A stretch of DNA of 60,979 nt, counting the filler, from Diploschistes diacapsis (taxonomy: Eukaryota), in assembly GCA_023645945.1 (NCBI GenBank). It is 9 parts of 9 records of this genome, joined end to end, with 100 filler letters (N's around TTAATTAATTAA, not from the genome) between each part and the next. Parts side by side here need not be neighbours in the genome. Positions count along the whole stretch, not along the records: positions 1 to 4,212 come from JALAIB010001749.1; positions 4,313 to 30,919 come from JALAIB010000175.1; 7 more parts are not named here. One strand, written 5' to 3'. Below, one piece after another: positions 1-12,674 of the stretch. Both the position numbers and the translations under genes were made by a program. Under the pieces are notes generated by a model. The model searched no databases and was not told the origin of the DNA. It saw nothing but the letters and a program-made list of their open reading frames with translations. Numbering within the stretch: position 1 is the first letter of the stretch; each line of letters begins with the position of its first letter.

Positions 1-3
1 CCC

Positions 4-1440
4 TCAACCCGGCGGCTCCAGCCTCAATCCCTCGACGGTCAAGCGAAACGCATCGTTTCGACCGTAGCTCCCCGCCGCATCGAAGTCCAGCCGGCCCCGC
101 ACACAGTCCTCGAAGTCGGCCTCGCTGACCACCAGCGTGCCCGTCCCGTCCTCGTCCGAGCCGGCGTCTTCCCACAGCGGGCCCGCGCGGACGGCGCCCG
201 TGGGGTGGATTATGGCGGAGCCGCCGCGGGACACGAAGGGCGAGGGCGAGGCGGAGGCGGGGAGGATGTCTTGCGGTGCGGGTGGCTGGTGCGGGGGTCG
301 AGGCGGCGCGTCGGTGTCCTTGGTGGCGGCGGCGGCGGCGGAAGCGGAAGACAAAGAGGAAGTGGAAGAGGAAGAGGAGGTGGAGGTGGAAGCAGGCAGG
401 CGGAGCTCGTGGCTGCCTTCCGTCGCGGCGACGGCGCCGGTGCCGCCAGAGACGGGCTGCTGCGGCGAGGCAGGCGCGCCGTTTGCTACGCCCCTGCCCT
501 GGCCCTCGCCGCTCGCGCTCGAGTCCGCGGAAGCGGCAGAAGCGCTTCCCCGGATCCACTCCGGCAGGTCCTTCTCCCGCACGCACTGGTTGGCGCTTAG
601 GACGAAGGCGCGGCCCTCGAGCGCGACGGTCTGCATTAGCGGCAGCCAGGTGTCGCGCGCGTCGGCGGTGGGCGCGAGGTAGAGGTTGACGTTCTGCGAG
701 TAGAGGGCGTGCCGGAGGAGCGGCATGTAGTTCTCCCAGCAGATGGCGGCGGCGAGGGTGAGGGGCACGCCGCGGATGGTGGTGGTGACGGCGCGGAGGG
801 TGGAGGGCGAACCTTGGGCCCAGATTAGGCGCTCGGTGCCGGTCTGCGTGCGGTGTGTGAGATGGGTTTATTTTTTAAACTGCTACTTGTATACAAGTGT
901 GGGGAAAAGAAAGAGTTTTTTGTCCGGGCGGGGGGAGGGGCTGATGGGGTGCGAGCAGCATACCGGCATCACCTTCCTCCTTTTCCCGATGCATCCCAGC
1001 CTCGGGCATACGTAGACACAGGCGCAGTACAGGCTCCCGCCCGCCTTCTCAACCAAGCCAACCGCAAGGAAAATGCCCGTCTCGGCCGCCACTCCCTCGA
1101 GATACTCCCTCGTGCCATCGCCCCTGAATTCTTTCCCCTTGGCGATCGAAAGCTTACGGTCAACCCATTCTTCTCCCGCACCGCGAGGCGTGTCGCCTAG
1201 ATCCACCGCGGCATTGAAGTAGTTGAGAAACTGCTCTCTCCCGAACTCGTTCCTCGAGCCTACAGCAGCACCGAAGTTGCAAGTACGCGGGTAACCGCCG
1301 AGGTATGCTTCCGGGAAGAGAAGGAAGTCGACGCCTCTGGAGGCGGCCCTATGAACTGTCTTTGACAGAGCGGAAAGGGTCTCGGCAAGAGTCGGTAAAG
1401 TGCGGGCTTGCGAGATGGCGAGAGTGAGCTTCTGGGGCAT
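4..1440 (-). CDS. Carbon-nitrogen hydrolase / nitrilase (2 exons: 1440-964, 843-4)
   Basis: Nitrilase triad motifs FPEAY (Glu), RRKVMP (Lys) and ICWENYMP (Cys). The GT..AG intron 963-844 restores [14 protein letters not shown]-terminal [14 protein letters not shown]. Confidence 0.93.
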
Positions 1441-1661
1441 GATGGTGAGAAATGTGGGGAGTCAAAAAAAGACGGTTGTGGGGGCGAAGTTCAGCATTCA
1501 ATGTTCTTTCAAAGGTGGGTATGATGTAAGCGCATGTTAGAGCGTTTTCGAAGAAGCGCTGATGATCATCAAGAATAATAGATACTATGGTATTCGAAAT
1601 TTCTGTTCAAAGACCGTGTCACGTACATATACCGAGTCAGAAGCAAAATAGTAAAACCCGA

Positions 1662-2948
1662 TCACAGTTCCTTCTTCAGCGAATGCTCCGGCTTGTGAGA
1701 CGTTTCGTAATCGATGTGCACGTACGACCTTTCCACATTGGGCAGACTTTCGAGCTTTATCTGCAGCTCTTCAGCTACGTCGTGAGAGACTTTGACGCTC
1801 TCCCTCTCATCCACCACTATGTCGACTTCAACTATGATCCGCGGACCGCTGTGGTAGGCCCGGACCGTGTCGATGGCCATGATCGTGGATGAATGGGTCA
1901 TTGCTGGAGCATGTTAGTGTTGCGCGGGAAGAAGGTGACTGCTTGCCGACTTACAGATATACGTTATCCATTGCAGCATTTGAGTGTCAGCGCTGATGCC
2001 AACCAGGAGTTGAAACTCTGCGAAAGCCGTTTTGAGCCATAAGAAGGAGATCAAGGCAGACAGGATGATAGCGCCCATGGGATCTATCCACCATGCCAGC
2101 TTGCTGCCTCCGACTGACGTAAGCAGACCGAAGCCGTTGATGAAGAGGTCGTTGCGGTGATCCTCCCAAAGAATATGGATCTGGGAGTACTGATGGCGCA
2201 AGGCCCAGCAGTACAGGAACAGACTCAGCTTGACGAGGAAAGCTATGCCGACGGCAATAACTGATGGCAGGTGGAAGAATCGCGTGCCAGTGCTACCGTC
2301 AGCGCTGACGGGAGCGCCTTGGCTGAGAGTCATGGCAGACAGGACGATAAGGATCCAGGAAACGGCATTCATGATAAAGCAGAAAACAATGTTTCCGACC
2401 GTTTCGATCCTGGCTTTGCCAGATGGAAACTTGCGTGCATCAACCTTCCTCACTGCTCGATTGGAGAGCATTAGCGTAATATTGGAGAGCGGATCGAAGA
2501 TGGCGTCTGCCATGGTGGTCCATAGTGATAGAGAACCGGAGGTAACCGAAGCATAGAGCTGGAGGCCAGCAAGCAGCACGTTAGCGATGAAAGATCCCTG
2601 CACGGCGATGTTGAATTTGACCTGGTTCGCATTGAGGGTTTCCTTGGCCGTTCGGACATGTTCATCTACCGGTTTTAACAGCCGCTCGATGTTCTCGTTC
2701 TGCTCCTGGTAAAACTGCTGGACCTTCTTCGTCCTCCATTTGGCGGACAGGCCGTTGCGCTTCTTTAGGTTGTCAAATTTGATCTGGCCGATCTCGTCGT
2801 CGGTCTTGAGTTTATTCTTGAGCCGGAAGGGATCGACTGTTTCGTAGGTTGGAGTGGTGCCTTCAATATCCGAAGCTCTGCCGGGACGGCCCGGTACCAG
2901 CTCCATCATTGGCGTCTCGTAGGCGGTGGTAGTAGCTGAGGTGGTCAT
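1662..2948 (-). CDS. Cation diffusion facilitator (Mn/Fe-type CDF, MTP8-like) transporter; intron 1954-1904
   Basis: SGSLSLWTTMADAIFD, LWEDHRNDL, WWIDPMGAI and the C-terminal dimerisation domain DTVRAYHSG...VERSYVHIDYE. Splicing joins ITYI-S-MTHS. Confidence 0.92.
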
Positions 2949-3610
2949 TTTGGTTAGGGATGCACTCGACAACAGTATGTAGGTAAGGTATGTGTAGTTG
3001 TTAGACTGTGTACTCGTGTGCAGTAGGAGAGTACAGCAAGATAACGAATCATATAGCCCAGGATCGCTTGGCGAACAGCTGCCAGAGCACAGACTCACCT
3101 CCCCCGGGAAACATCTATCTCTCCATTGTCCCTACCAAGTAGAATCCCTACAGTTTGCACGCACTTGAATTAACGTGCTTCCAAATCCATAGTTTAAGCA
3201 CGAAGAAGATGATACTGCAACATGTTCTACTAGATATTATGAAAGCCACAGAACGTGGGCCACAGGCTCGCAGCAGCAAAGTTTACATGTGCACTAGGAG
3301 ATCGAGTCAACTTCTTTATCCCTCCATATTCCTCTGTGTTCTGAGTTACAGTATATCTTTTCTTTGCTCGATCAGAGCGGTCACATGAGAGCATGGCTCA
3401 ATAACACGGAATCAGCGATTCCCGTCCGCAGCCAGCAGCGACGGCGGGCTCCTTGGAAGTAGCCCGTCTGTGCTCTTGTGATTTGCAAGGCGTTGTATCG
3501 CAACCCCTGGCTATACTCTGGAACGAGTGAGAGCGATGGGTTTCCGGTGTTCGTGATGCCGTGCTCTTCAGTCTTGTTCTGTGGCGCCAATTGGCAAGTT
3601 CATCCTTATC

Positions 3611-4115
3611 CTACTCTTCAGACACCAGGAAAGGATTCGGTATCTGTTCGCTACCGTCGAGGGGCGATATTAGGACCAGCAGGGTTCCTCGTGCGACTAT
3701 TAATCCGAGCGACCTGGACGACTCGTTGCCTTCGTCGTCTGTAATCGATAAGCCCGCGCATAGTCTTCCAGTCAAGCACCGGGATAATACCTCTTGTCAG
3801 CTCCTTGGTGTCATCCAAGACAAGGTTCATGAGTTGATCGAAGCCTTTCAGAGTGCCAGTGACTATAGAACAATTAGTACAAGGGTGTGGTCAGCACAGC
3901 TTGCGCGTCTTACCTTCTCGCCCTCCATTGAACTTGACACTGATTTCCTTGTCCATGTACTTTGTGAGATCAAGGATGTTTTCCTTCTTTGGCTTCTCAG
4001 CCTGAGCATTTTGAGGGCCACCAGCTTTACCACCACCACGACCTCCAGCTCCAGCTCCAGCTCCAGCTCCACCTCTCCCAAACCCGCGGCCACGGATGGA
4101 GCCGCGTTCTGACAT
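3611..4115 (-). CDS. LSM7: Sm-like protein LSm7 (3 exons)
   Basis: KPKKENILDLTKYMDKEISVKFNGGRE / VTGTLKGFDQLMNLVLDDTKE / RSLGLIVARGTLLVLISPLDGSEQIPNPF, joined by two GT-AG introns. Confidence 0.95.
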
Positions 4116-4212
4116 TATTTATGATGATGGCGGCAGTCAAGTTCGCAGACGCGGGCAAGGAAAAATAGACAAAAATGTATGTTGGGGGGAGTGTGGGGGG
4201 TGTGTGTGGGGG

Positions 4213-4312
4213 NNNNNNNNNNNNNNNNNNNNNNNNNNNNNNNNNNNNNNNNNNNNTTAATTAATTAANNNNNNNNNNNNNNNNNNNNNNNNNNNNNNNN
4301 NNNNNNNNNNNN
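4213..4312. other. Artificial contig spacer (N44-TTAATTAATTAA-N44); also at 30920-31019, 35224-35323, 39523-39622, 43821-43920, 48115-48214, 52406-52505, 56694-56793
   Basis: The same 100-nt N-flanked linker, with stops in all six frames, occurs eight times. Confidence 0.98.
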
Positions 4313-4460
4313 CCCCAATTCCTTGGCTTCAGCAGGATCATAAGCGTCGTGTCTACAAGGTCTCCATTGTTCCTCCAGTACCTCCTTGTCGACTCTCATA
4401 GTCTCTCGAGTTTCAGCCCTAACGATGCTCGCGTCGTATATGTGCAGCCTCCTTTATCCA

Positions 4461-5643
4461 TCACAGCCCTCCCGATGTGATGTTGATTCCAATAGACGCC
4501 AAAGCCGCACCAACGTTCAACGTGACCATCTGAACGTTCTTCTTGAGAGCGGCCTCGTAGTATGTCAAATGGTTTCCATTGTAGACGGCCGACTCGCCAA
4601 TGATCTTGACCGGTAACTTGCCATCCTTGTAGGTGCTCTCGAGCAAACTGAGGATGAGTGACTGGTTCGAGTAGCCCACGAAAGGGTATGTGTGGTTTCC
4701 GCGGTCGAGCATAAAGTTCATGATCGTCGTGTTGCCGATCAGGGTATCGTTGACGTACGTGTTGTAGGTGACGTTGCCAAGCTCGAAGCTGATAACGGTA
4801 GGGTTGGGGACGAAGGCGGTGCCATTGATGTTGTTGCCGTTCTTGTCGGGCGAAAGCATGACATTGAAATCGGTGATGTTGAAGCCTTTGAGGGAGTTGA
4901 AACCTATAAAGATTGAGTAAGCACCTGCGAATGATTCGAAAACAGAAGCAATAGGTTCTCTTACCTGTCACCGTAGTGGTGTGGTCGTAAGAGACGTCGC
5001 TTGCAGGGAGCGCCATCTCGTGCAGCCAAGTGCTGCCGTTGACCCGGACCCGGATGCTCTCGCTGTTGAACAGAGCGGTGTTGTACTCCGTGAATGCCTC
5101 AAGATTGGTGATCTGAAGGACCTGGTCGATGTGCGCCGGCACGGAGGTTCCGGACTGCATGCCCGGCAGCTGAACCATACCATAGGGCGCCGAGCCAGCC
5201 AAGGACAGAGAAGCGTTGAATGGATCAAGATACGGGTGATAGGTATTGTTGCTGTGCGTAAGGCTATCCTGGATGAGGTGGACAGATGTAGGCGCAGGGG
5301 TTAAGGCGGTCAGATTCGTGATTTCGATTGTCGACGCATCTACACCCGACTGGGAGATGCGAGGGAAGCCCACGTAGACGCTTGACATTGTTAGGCCTGA
5401 CGCTCGTCTACGAAACGGGTTGCACAAAGAGACGGAAACGACAGTGACCCGGGAAGGGCAGATTACTTACAGTAGCAGCACGATGAGGAGGGTGCAGGCG
5501 ATGAAAACTACGAGGTGCAGCCACCACCACTTCCTTATATGAGCTTTCCATCTCTGCATCAACGTAGGCTTCTTTCCCATGCCTCCGCTTCTCCAGTCGG
5601 CATATCCATTCTCATGCTGGACTGCCAGTTCTTTATCCGTCAT
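4461..5643 (-). CDS. DUF3712-family single-pass membrane protein (3 exons)
   Basis: N-terminal KWWWLHLVVFIACTLLIVLLL transmembrane segment, VYVGFPRISQSGVDAST, then GFNSLKGFNITDF and NINGTAFVPNPTVISFELGNVT, typical of this fungal family. Confidence 0.8.
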
Positions 5644-6507
5644 GCTAACGATTGAAGTCCACAATCAAAAAAGAATGACCAGCGCTTGGAAGGTGATCCA
5701 GGCTATTTTGACTTGCTTTTCAAGAATCGAGGACACCGCTCATGAGATTGAACTGCTGCAAAATCCGGTATGTGGATTCCTCGAGGATTCTCGATCCAGA
5801 ATCGGAGCCTTGGGAAATAGATGTACTAACACAGATGTTTATCTTGCATTTCCGAAAGCATCAATTAAGCTTATGACAAAGAGGACCAACCATCTCCACC
5901 TCGGTTGGGTAGGACGAAAGCCGCATGGCATCAGATAAAGGATGTAGGGGCAGACCGATCAAAAGTGACAGCCATCAGTTACTTTTTATTGAATTAGAAT
6001 TGAGCACTCTTCGCCCCTCGTTGCATGGCTGAAACCCCTCCCTCGAGCGAGGAGAAGGCTGGAGAGATGCATCTCCGACAGAGGAAACAGGAGAGCATGT
6101 GCTTGGAAGTATGCCTCTGTATGTAGGAGAAAGCCGAGGCCCAAGCATGAGATCGGCGTTGGAGCAGGATTCAGCAATCAAGATGCGGCCTGTCTTGCCT
6201 GTAAACCAGCACCCCACTCATTGGTCTCGATGCTGGCATCCACCTCGTCGCGCCCTACCGCATCTGGTACTGGAACCAAGCTCGAAACAAGTCGGATGCG
6301 CACTATATAACGTACAAGTAGAATGGAATAGGGTGGTGGTTGCATGCAGGACTTACAGAATACATGTCTCGCCGGCTTCCGATGCAACATGACGGAAAGA
6401 GGCGAGAAAGAGAAGAAGCGCATCTATTGGTACAGGCCACTCGAAGACGAATGGCTCTCCAGATGTTCTGGTGGAGCGTCTAGAAGGAAGCAGAAGATGG
6501 TTGTTAG

Positions 6508-6540
6508 GAGACGGAGATGGAGACGGAGATGGAGACGGAG
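6508..6540 (+). repeat. Short 12-nt tandem repeat (GAGACGGAGATG, about 2.7 copies)
   Basis: Read directly: gagacggagatggagacggagatggagacggag. Confidence 0.8.
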
Positions 6541-7806
6541 TTGGGGTTGCCGTTTGGGGACGTTGGAGCCGGTTAGGGGCCAGCCAATGGTGTGCCTGTC
6601 TTGGCTCAGCACTCCTACCCAACAGGTACGAGGTACACGATGCCATGACTGAGTGCTGAAAACCTTCGATCATTAGTCATGTTATTTCCCCGCATTCCTC
6701 TCCTCATATTTCTTTCTAATTATAATATACTTTGCAAGTGTCCGAAGCAGTAAACGTGAAGCGGTGAACGTGCGTTGTAGATTATGGTCCGGTGGTACTT
6801 GTATGCCTTTCAGCCGATAACCGTCCGTCCACGTGACCATCATGTACTACAACTTGTCCCCTGGTAGACTCAGGAGGTCGGTTGCCTTGCTTTGTGACGG
6901 TGTCAATACATGACAATAGGGTACTCGTCCAAGCGCACATGTTAACGAAGTATGCTCTGCGCTTGTTCCGTCCAGAATAGGTGGCCGAGCCATAGCGGAA
7001 CTGCTTGAAGAGGTCGGACACTCCCGTTTTTCACAGCCAATAGGGCAGCCTCGTTGAGGCTCTGGAAACTCGTCCATCAACCGTCAGCATAACCGCCGTT
7101 TTAAAGGAAAATCCGCAGTGACATATATAACGATTAGGAGTCAGCCAGAGTACATTGATTCGCGGCAGGTGAGGCATTGACTTTTGACGAAGTGCCGTGC
7201 CTGTTTTGCATAGACTCTCGGAGGGAATGTGAACATGATAGAAATACTAAAAAATTCAGTTTGGATTGCTTGCAACCAGCAATGTTGGCGATGATCCCCG
7301 AAGGCATTTACTCTTCGCGACGCGGGTTACGCCTACTAGCATGCCGCATGAAAGAATTGCACCTCCTCTGTTCCTGTAAAGCCAAAAGACATCGATCTTT
7401 GCAGTGCATGCAATTTCCGCATAGCCTTTTCTCTTCACAGCATGGTCGGACATAAGTCGGCATAACCAATCAATCCAGTACGACCACCCGAAGCAGCTGG
7501 AGCATCTAAACAGTTTCGGAGACATTTTTCTGGCTGGCTTCCCCTGCGTTGGTCCCCAAAACCTTTGTCTCACGATCTGCATCCAACAATGATCGATACA
7601 GTTCCGAAGTCCGCAGAGGATATTGAGGGTAGGATAACCTTTGTCATTCATGTGACGCCCAGACCGAGGCTGGCTCCAGTCAAAAGGGTTTACTGTTTTG
7701 GTTCCATGTAACTTATTCCATGCACAAAGGCTGAAGCTTCCCTCCTTGATTCGAACGTGTCCGCATTCCAGCTATTCCTCAATCATAACAAAACAAAGCA
7801 GCCTTC

Positions 7807-7814
7807 TATAAATA
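7807..7814 (+). promoter_or_regulatory. Probable TATA box of the CFEM gene
   Basis: TATAAATA about 80 nt upstream of ATG 7891, followed by a pyrimidine-rich stretch. Confidence 0.5.
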
Positions 7815-7890
7815 CCTCGAACCCCCTTCCCACGCTCGTTTTTAAGTTCATCAAAGCCAACCTCGCTGCCTCGACTCCTCGACAGGCATA

Positions 7891-8580
7891 ATGAAGTACA
7901 CCGTCGCTGCTTTTTTCGCCCTAGTCGCCGCCGTTAGCGCTCAAGGGTCCCCAAGCGCCTGTCTCCCGGTTGCTGAGTCTATCCCATCTTGCGCGGTACG
8001 TCAGAGCTCCATTCTTGGCCAATCGGACTTGCTAATCCCCTTTAAGGTCCCATGCATCAGCTCTGCCGCCAGCGGTGTAGGCTGCGGCGAGTTCGACTTC
8101 ACCTGCCAATGCGGTGGTAGCAAGCCAGCACAGATCGCCAGCGCAGCTCAAGGCTGTGTCATCAGCGCCTGCTCTAATATCCAAACCGCTCTCGCTGCCC
8201 AGGCTGCTGCTTCCTCCGTCTGCGCTTGTGCCGCCACCGCCGGCTCTGGATCCTCCGGAGGATTATCCACCGCTCCAGACACCACCGCCCTCAGTGGAGG
8301 ATCTACCTCCGCTGCCGGACAGTCCAGCAGTGCTGCCCCAGCTTCTTCGACAGCCGCTGCTGGAGGCTCTGCCACCGCTCCCGCATCTGGATCCACTGGT
8401 GCCGCTTCGGTCTCTACCGCTGCAGTAACCGGAGCCACAACCTCTGTTCCCGGCGTTGCCAGCACTGGTGGCATAACCGCAACGTCGAGCTTCATCCCCT
8501 TTACTGGTGGCGCCGTCACTGCTGTTGGATCAATGGGAGGGATCTTGGGCGCCCTTCTGGCCGCTATCGCTGCACTATAA
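7891..8580 (+). CDS. GPI-anchored CFEM-domain cell-surface protein (intron 7996-8046)
   Basis: Signal peptide; IPSCA-VPCI...GCGEFDFTCQC...GCVISAC...SVC cysteine pattern; Ser/Thr/Ala stalk; FTGGA plus a hydrophobic GPI tail. Confidence 0.9.
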   Translation: MKYTVAAFFALVAAVSAQGSPSACLPVAESIPSCAVRQSSILGQSDLLIPFKVPCISSAASGVGCGEFDFTCQCGGSKPAQIASAAQGCVISACSNIQTALAAQAAASSVCACAATAGSGSSGGLSTAPDTTALSGGSTSAAGQSSSAAPASSTAAAGGSATAPASGSTGAASVSTAAVTGATTSVPGVASTGGITATSSFIPFTGGAVTAVGSMGGILGALLAAIAAL

Positions 8581-9183
8581 GCATTTGTTAGGGCTTAGGT
8601 AGTGCTGGTGTTAGATATTATGCTGTAATGGTTGATGAAACGAGATTTAGACAACGCATCTTCCTCTGGAAGCTTTTCGGCCATATACAATATCCCAAAA
8701 TATCGAGTTCGCAAGACAATATAATAATATGATACATTAAATATCAGGAATTTCGCCGTGATATTCTGCACTTCAACGTGACAGAATACAGGAATGCTAG
8801 GAGAAATGATTTCATTGGATTGTAGATCAGCCAGTTAGCTCGCATTACTTAAGGCGTAAATAGTTGGTGCCAAAGCACGAAGATGAATTATCCCTTACAG
8901 ACCGTCATCTATGACTTGTTTTTCTGATAAGTGAAAGGCTTTGGTCTCACATATATATCTCTGGCACCATCCAGTATTGTTGGTCTTTTGGCTATGTGGC
9001 CTAGCGGTACTAAACTGGGCGCTTTTTAATATCAACAGGGTGAAGAAGATTGAGTCACGTGAACATTGAATCAGGCTTCTCAGCCCTATGAACTACATTC
9101 CTAAGTCTTTCCGAGCCCTCTTGTCAAGCTCTTTTATACCCAATCATTCTACCACCCCGTCCTCTCCACCGCTTAAGACCACA

Positions 9184-10103
9184 ATGCGCCTTCCACTTCT
9201 TCCCCTCCTAACCCTCCTCTCCTCCTCAAATGCCGCCCAAATATTAACAACCACCCTTCCGCCCCTCCTGACCCTCCACCTCCCACCAACCCAAGTGCTC
9301 CCCAAACCCTCTACCCTCCCACCACGCACCTTCGCTACCCTCTCCACCGTCAACACCACCATCACCGCTCCCTTCACCCGAGCCGGGACTTTCGAGTTCC
9401 GCGACCCGGGCCCCGGCTCGTATCTCTGCGAAATATGGACCAACGCCTACGTCTTCGTGCCGATGAGGGTGGATGTTTCGGAGCCGTCTCCAGCAGAAGG
9501 GGGAGAATCGGTTGGAGGTAGGGGCAGGAAGAGGGTGGACGTGTGGCAGACGTTCAGGGGCAACGAATGGAATAACAAAGGGGAAAAGCTTGGCGGCGGA
9601 ACGGTGGAGATGGGGGGCGTGAATGTGAATGTCGGGGTGCTGGGGGAGAGGGGATTCTATGAGGCTAGGCAAGGCTGTGCGTGGCTCCCCTTCCAAGCGA
9701 ATTAGTGGTGGCTTGTGCAGTTGCTGATGGCTTGAACAGTCTCGCCGCTATCGCTGCTGAAGAACCCCATGATCTTGATCGGGGGACTGGGCATGCTGGT
9801 CATGTTCGGGATGCCGAAGATTATGGAAAACAGTGAGTTCTCTTTTTCGAACGTGCATGTGCAGTTTCCAAGGCCATGGTGCTAACAACGTTCTCTGCAG
9901 TGGATCCGGAGATGCGCGAGGAATTTGAGAAGCAACAGCGGTCAAGTAAACTGGCGAATACATTGACCGGTAGTGGTAGTGGATTCGACGCTGCCGCATG
10001 GCTTGCGGGATCAAACCCCGACTCCTCGTCCGCACCGGTTAAGAGTACGGGCAACGAAGCGAAAGCAAGCGGCGGAGGAGGGAAGGCGAGGAAGAGGGGG
10101 TAA
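9184..10103 (+). CDS. EMC7: ER membrane protein complex subunit 7 (DUF2012); exons 9184-9676, 9740-9832, 9901-10103
   Basis: Signal peptide, GSYLCEI, VWQTFRGNEWNNKGE, FYEARQGFSPLSLLKNPMIL...GMPKIMENMDPEMREEFEKQQ. Confidence 0.88.
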
Positions 10104-10226
10104 TGCTGCGTCATTAAAGTAAGATATAGGCTTTATATATTCTTCCTATATACCTCGAGAAAGCGTCATTGAATGCGACAGCCTTTGGTTGTTCAATATT
10201 TGTCGGTTTAACCACCACTTGCCCCG

Positions 10227-11805
10227 TTAACCGCTACATCTCCCTAAACAAGGCCCAACAGCTCTCCACTGCGGAACCTCACCTCTTATAGAGGGCATGG
10301 AAAATAAACTTGGTCGTCCACTCTTTAAGGGTTTTAATATTGTGTTCAGGTCCGTATCTACTTCCCATGACACCACCAAAGGGTATGCCAAGGATGTTCT
10401 GGTGCAGTTATTGAACAAAACCATACCCGCTTGCCTTCTCCGACAGACTCGCTCCACGTCTTTGGTGAAGACCGAGGCTACGATTCCATATTCGGAATCG
10501 TTCGCGACGCGTACCGCCTCATCTTCATCCTCGAAGGAGCCCACAGTGACGACGGGTCCAAGGATCTCTTCCTGCGCGATGGTCATGGAAGGCTTGACGT
10601 TCTTGAAGACTACCGGAGCAACGAAGAGGCCGTCCTTGCACTCCGGGTCTTCCGGCAGCTTGACTTCGAACGCAACCTCTTCGCCCCCCCCCCCCCCGGC
10701 AATTCCAATGTATCCTTGAAGCCGCTTCTGCTGCGCTTGACTCACACAAGAACCAACATGTGTTCCCCTTTTTAGGCCGTTCCCAAACTGCAGCTTGCCG
10801 ATGCCTGCTGCAAGAGCCTCCACAAAACTTGGATATGCCCCTTGCTGTACATAGATCGGCGATGATGCGGTATAAGTTCCCCCTTTGTTGGAAAAGCCGC
10901 CTTCAAACGCTGCACGAACTGCCTTGTCAAGATCTGCATCGTCAAACACGACTATCGGATTCTTCCCACCAAGCTCGAGAGACAATGACTTGACTTAGGA
11001 CTAGCAAGTCTTTGCAATTATGGTACCTGTCTTGATCAAGCCTGTGAAGGAGACCATTCTAACAGTGGGACCTTCTTGCAGACAGTCTGAGGGACGTCTG
11101 GGCCCCATCCAGGAACTGCTTGCAGAACTCCTTCTGGAACTATGTCTGGAGTAACTCAACAATATGCATGACAGTTAAAGGCACCTGCTCGCCAGGCTCG
11201 AGGGTCATGGCATTGCCGGTAGCCAAAGCCGGAGCCGACTTGCCACCCATGTGGATGGAGGCCAATTAAATGGTAATATTCCTATCTCGAGTCAGCATTT
11301 CCGTGATCGGGTCGTCCACCAAAGAAGCGCACCGGCACAGACACTGCGAGGCTCACACACAGTAGTTACGAGCACCGGCCCGCAGTCATAGAGTTCCGAG
11401 GGAAGCTTTGTCGACCAAAGGTCCAAAGTAACGAAAGATTTCACTGACAGGTACAGTCGAACATCACAGTGTCTTGCATTGGCTTGCCAATTTTTCATAC
11501 ACAGGATGGGTCGCAAGCTCCTACCTATGTTGCTCGGGTATGGTTCCACATTTCCTCATGCACGCTGCTCGTTGCACAAGAGGCAGGACACTCCGGGACT
11601 CAAATGTTTTCTGGGCCTTTTCGATGGCCTTTTCGGTTGTCGCAGCGTTTCCACTCTGGACTTTGGTAATGACGTTGCCAGTTGCTGGGTTATGGAACTC
11701 GAAGAGATGGGTCTCGTCGTCGCAGGAATACTCGAATTTGGTAACATCATCGTACTTTGGGATCGTATTTGGAGCTGCAGTCTGTTGCGTGATCTTAGAA
11801 TCCAC
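10227..11805 (-). pseudogene. Aldehyde dehydrogenase pseudogene
   Basis: ALDH pieces in several frames: FHNPATGNVI, FNWPP..GGK..PALATGNAMTLEPGEQVPL, SFTG, LELGGKNP, IAQEEILGPV, ANDSEYG. Multiple stops and frameshifts; the catalytic Cys position reads NKGGTYTASS. Confidence 0.85.
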
Positions 11806-12674
11806 CTTGCTCGCTGAATGCTTTTCTGTATTTGCTAAACTTTAGCTCCCGGTTACCTGTGCTCAGACTAGCATATACGTTGTCTGAAGAAGAAATAGAG
11901 GAAATAGAGTGCTAATCGGCTATATCACGTTCGCAACATGCATAGGGTTCACAGCCTCGGTCCGTGTGCTTTAATAAACTCTGCTTTTGTTCACGTTTTG
12001 CATGCCATCGCAATTACGAACTCTCTCCACCATGGTAGGACCATCCAAATTATTAGTGAAATAGCTTCTGGAGCACGAGCGGATTTGCGGAATGAGAAAT
12101 CTGTCTTTACACAACCGACGCTGGTGTTGAGGGGAGATCTGTGGTGTAGTATCCTTTTGAGTACATGCTCCCTTGAAAGAGCAAACGAAGGAAAGAGGCG
12201 TCCCCCTTGTTACTTCTTGTGATGCTTTCTCGACTTACTCGAATATGAGAGCTTTGTCGTTCGATCTGCTGTCTAGTTACGATAAGAAGACATCATGTCT
12301 CCCGAAACGGATATTGGACCTACGGGAAGGCCCTTCGAAGAGCAGCGGTATCTCAGAATTTTCAGTTCTTTGCCTATACCATTCTATTTCCTCTTGATTG
12401 AATAGCTTCGGTCTAGTGCTCGTGATGAAGGTAGGCCATCTATGTTGCACTTTAGGAATGTTGAATTTGGTCAGGTTTTCGTATTAGGTCAGAATTGATA
12501 CTCGGCTGCTCCCTCTTTGGTCCAATTCAGTATATGCTATTGTCTTTTAAAGCCCTTTCCCTTCTCATTTGTATAATTATTGTACCATCATCACTGAGCC
12601 ACTCTTTGGATCAGCATCGTCTTCGACTTACTCTAATTCAACTAGCGGCGCTAAAGACGATATTCGACAGTAGC

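Noticed and set aside
6353..6673. ORF containing a PSPSPS repeat
   Set aside because: It is short, explained by the 12-nt DNA repeat, and has no recognisable domain.
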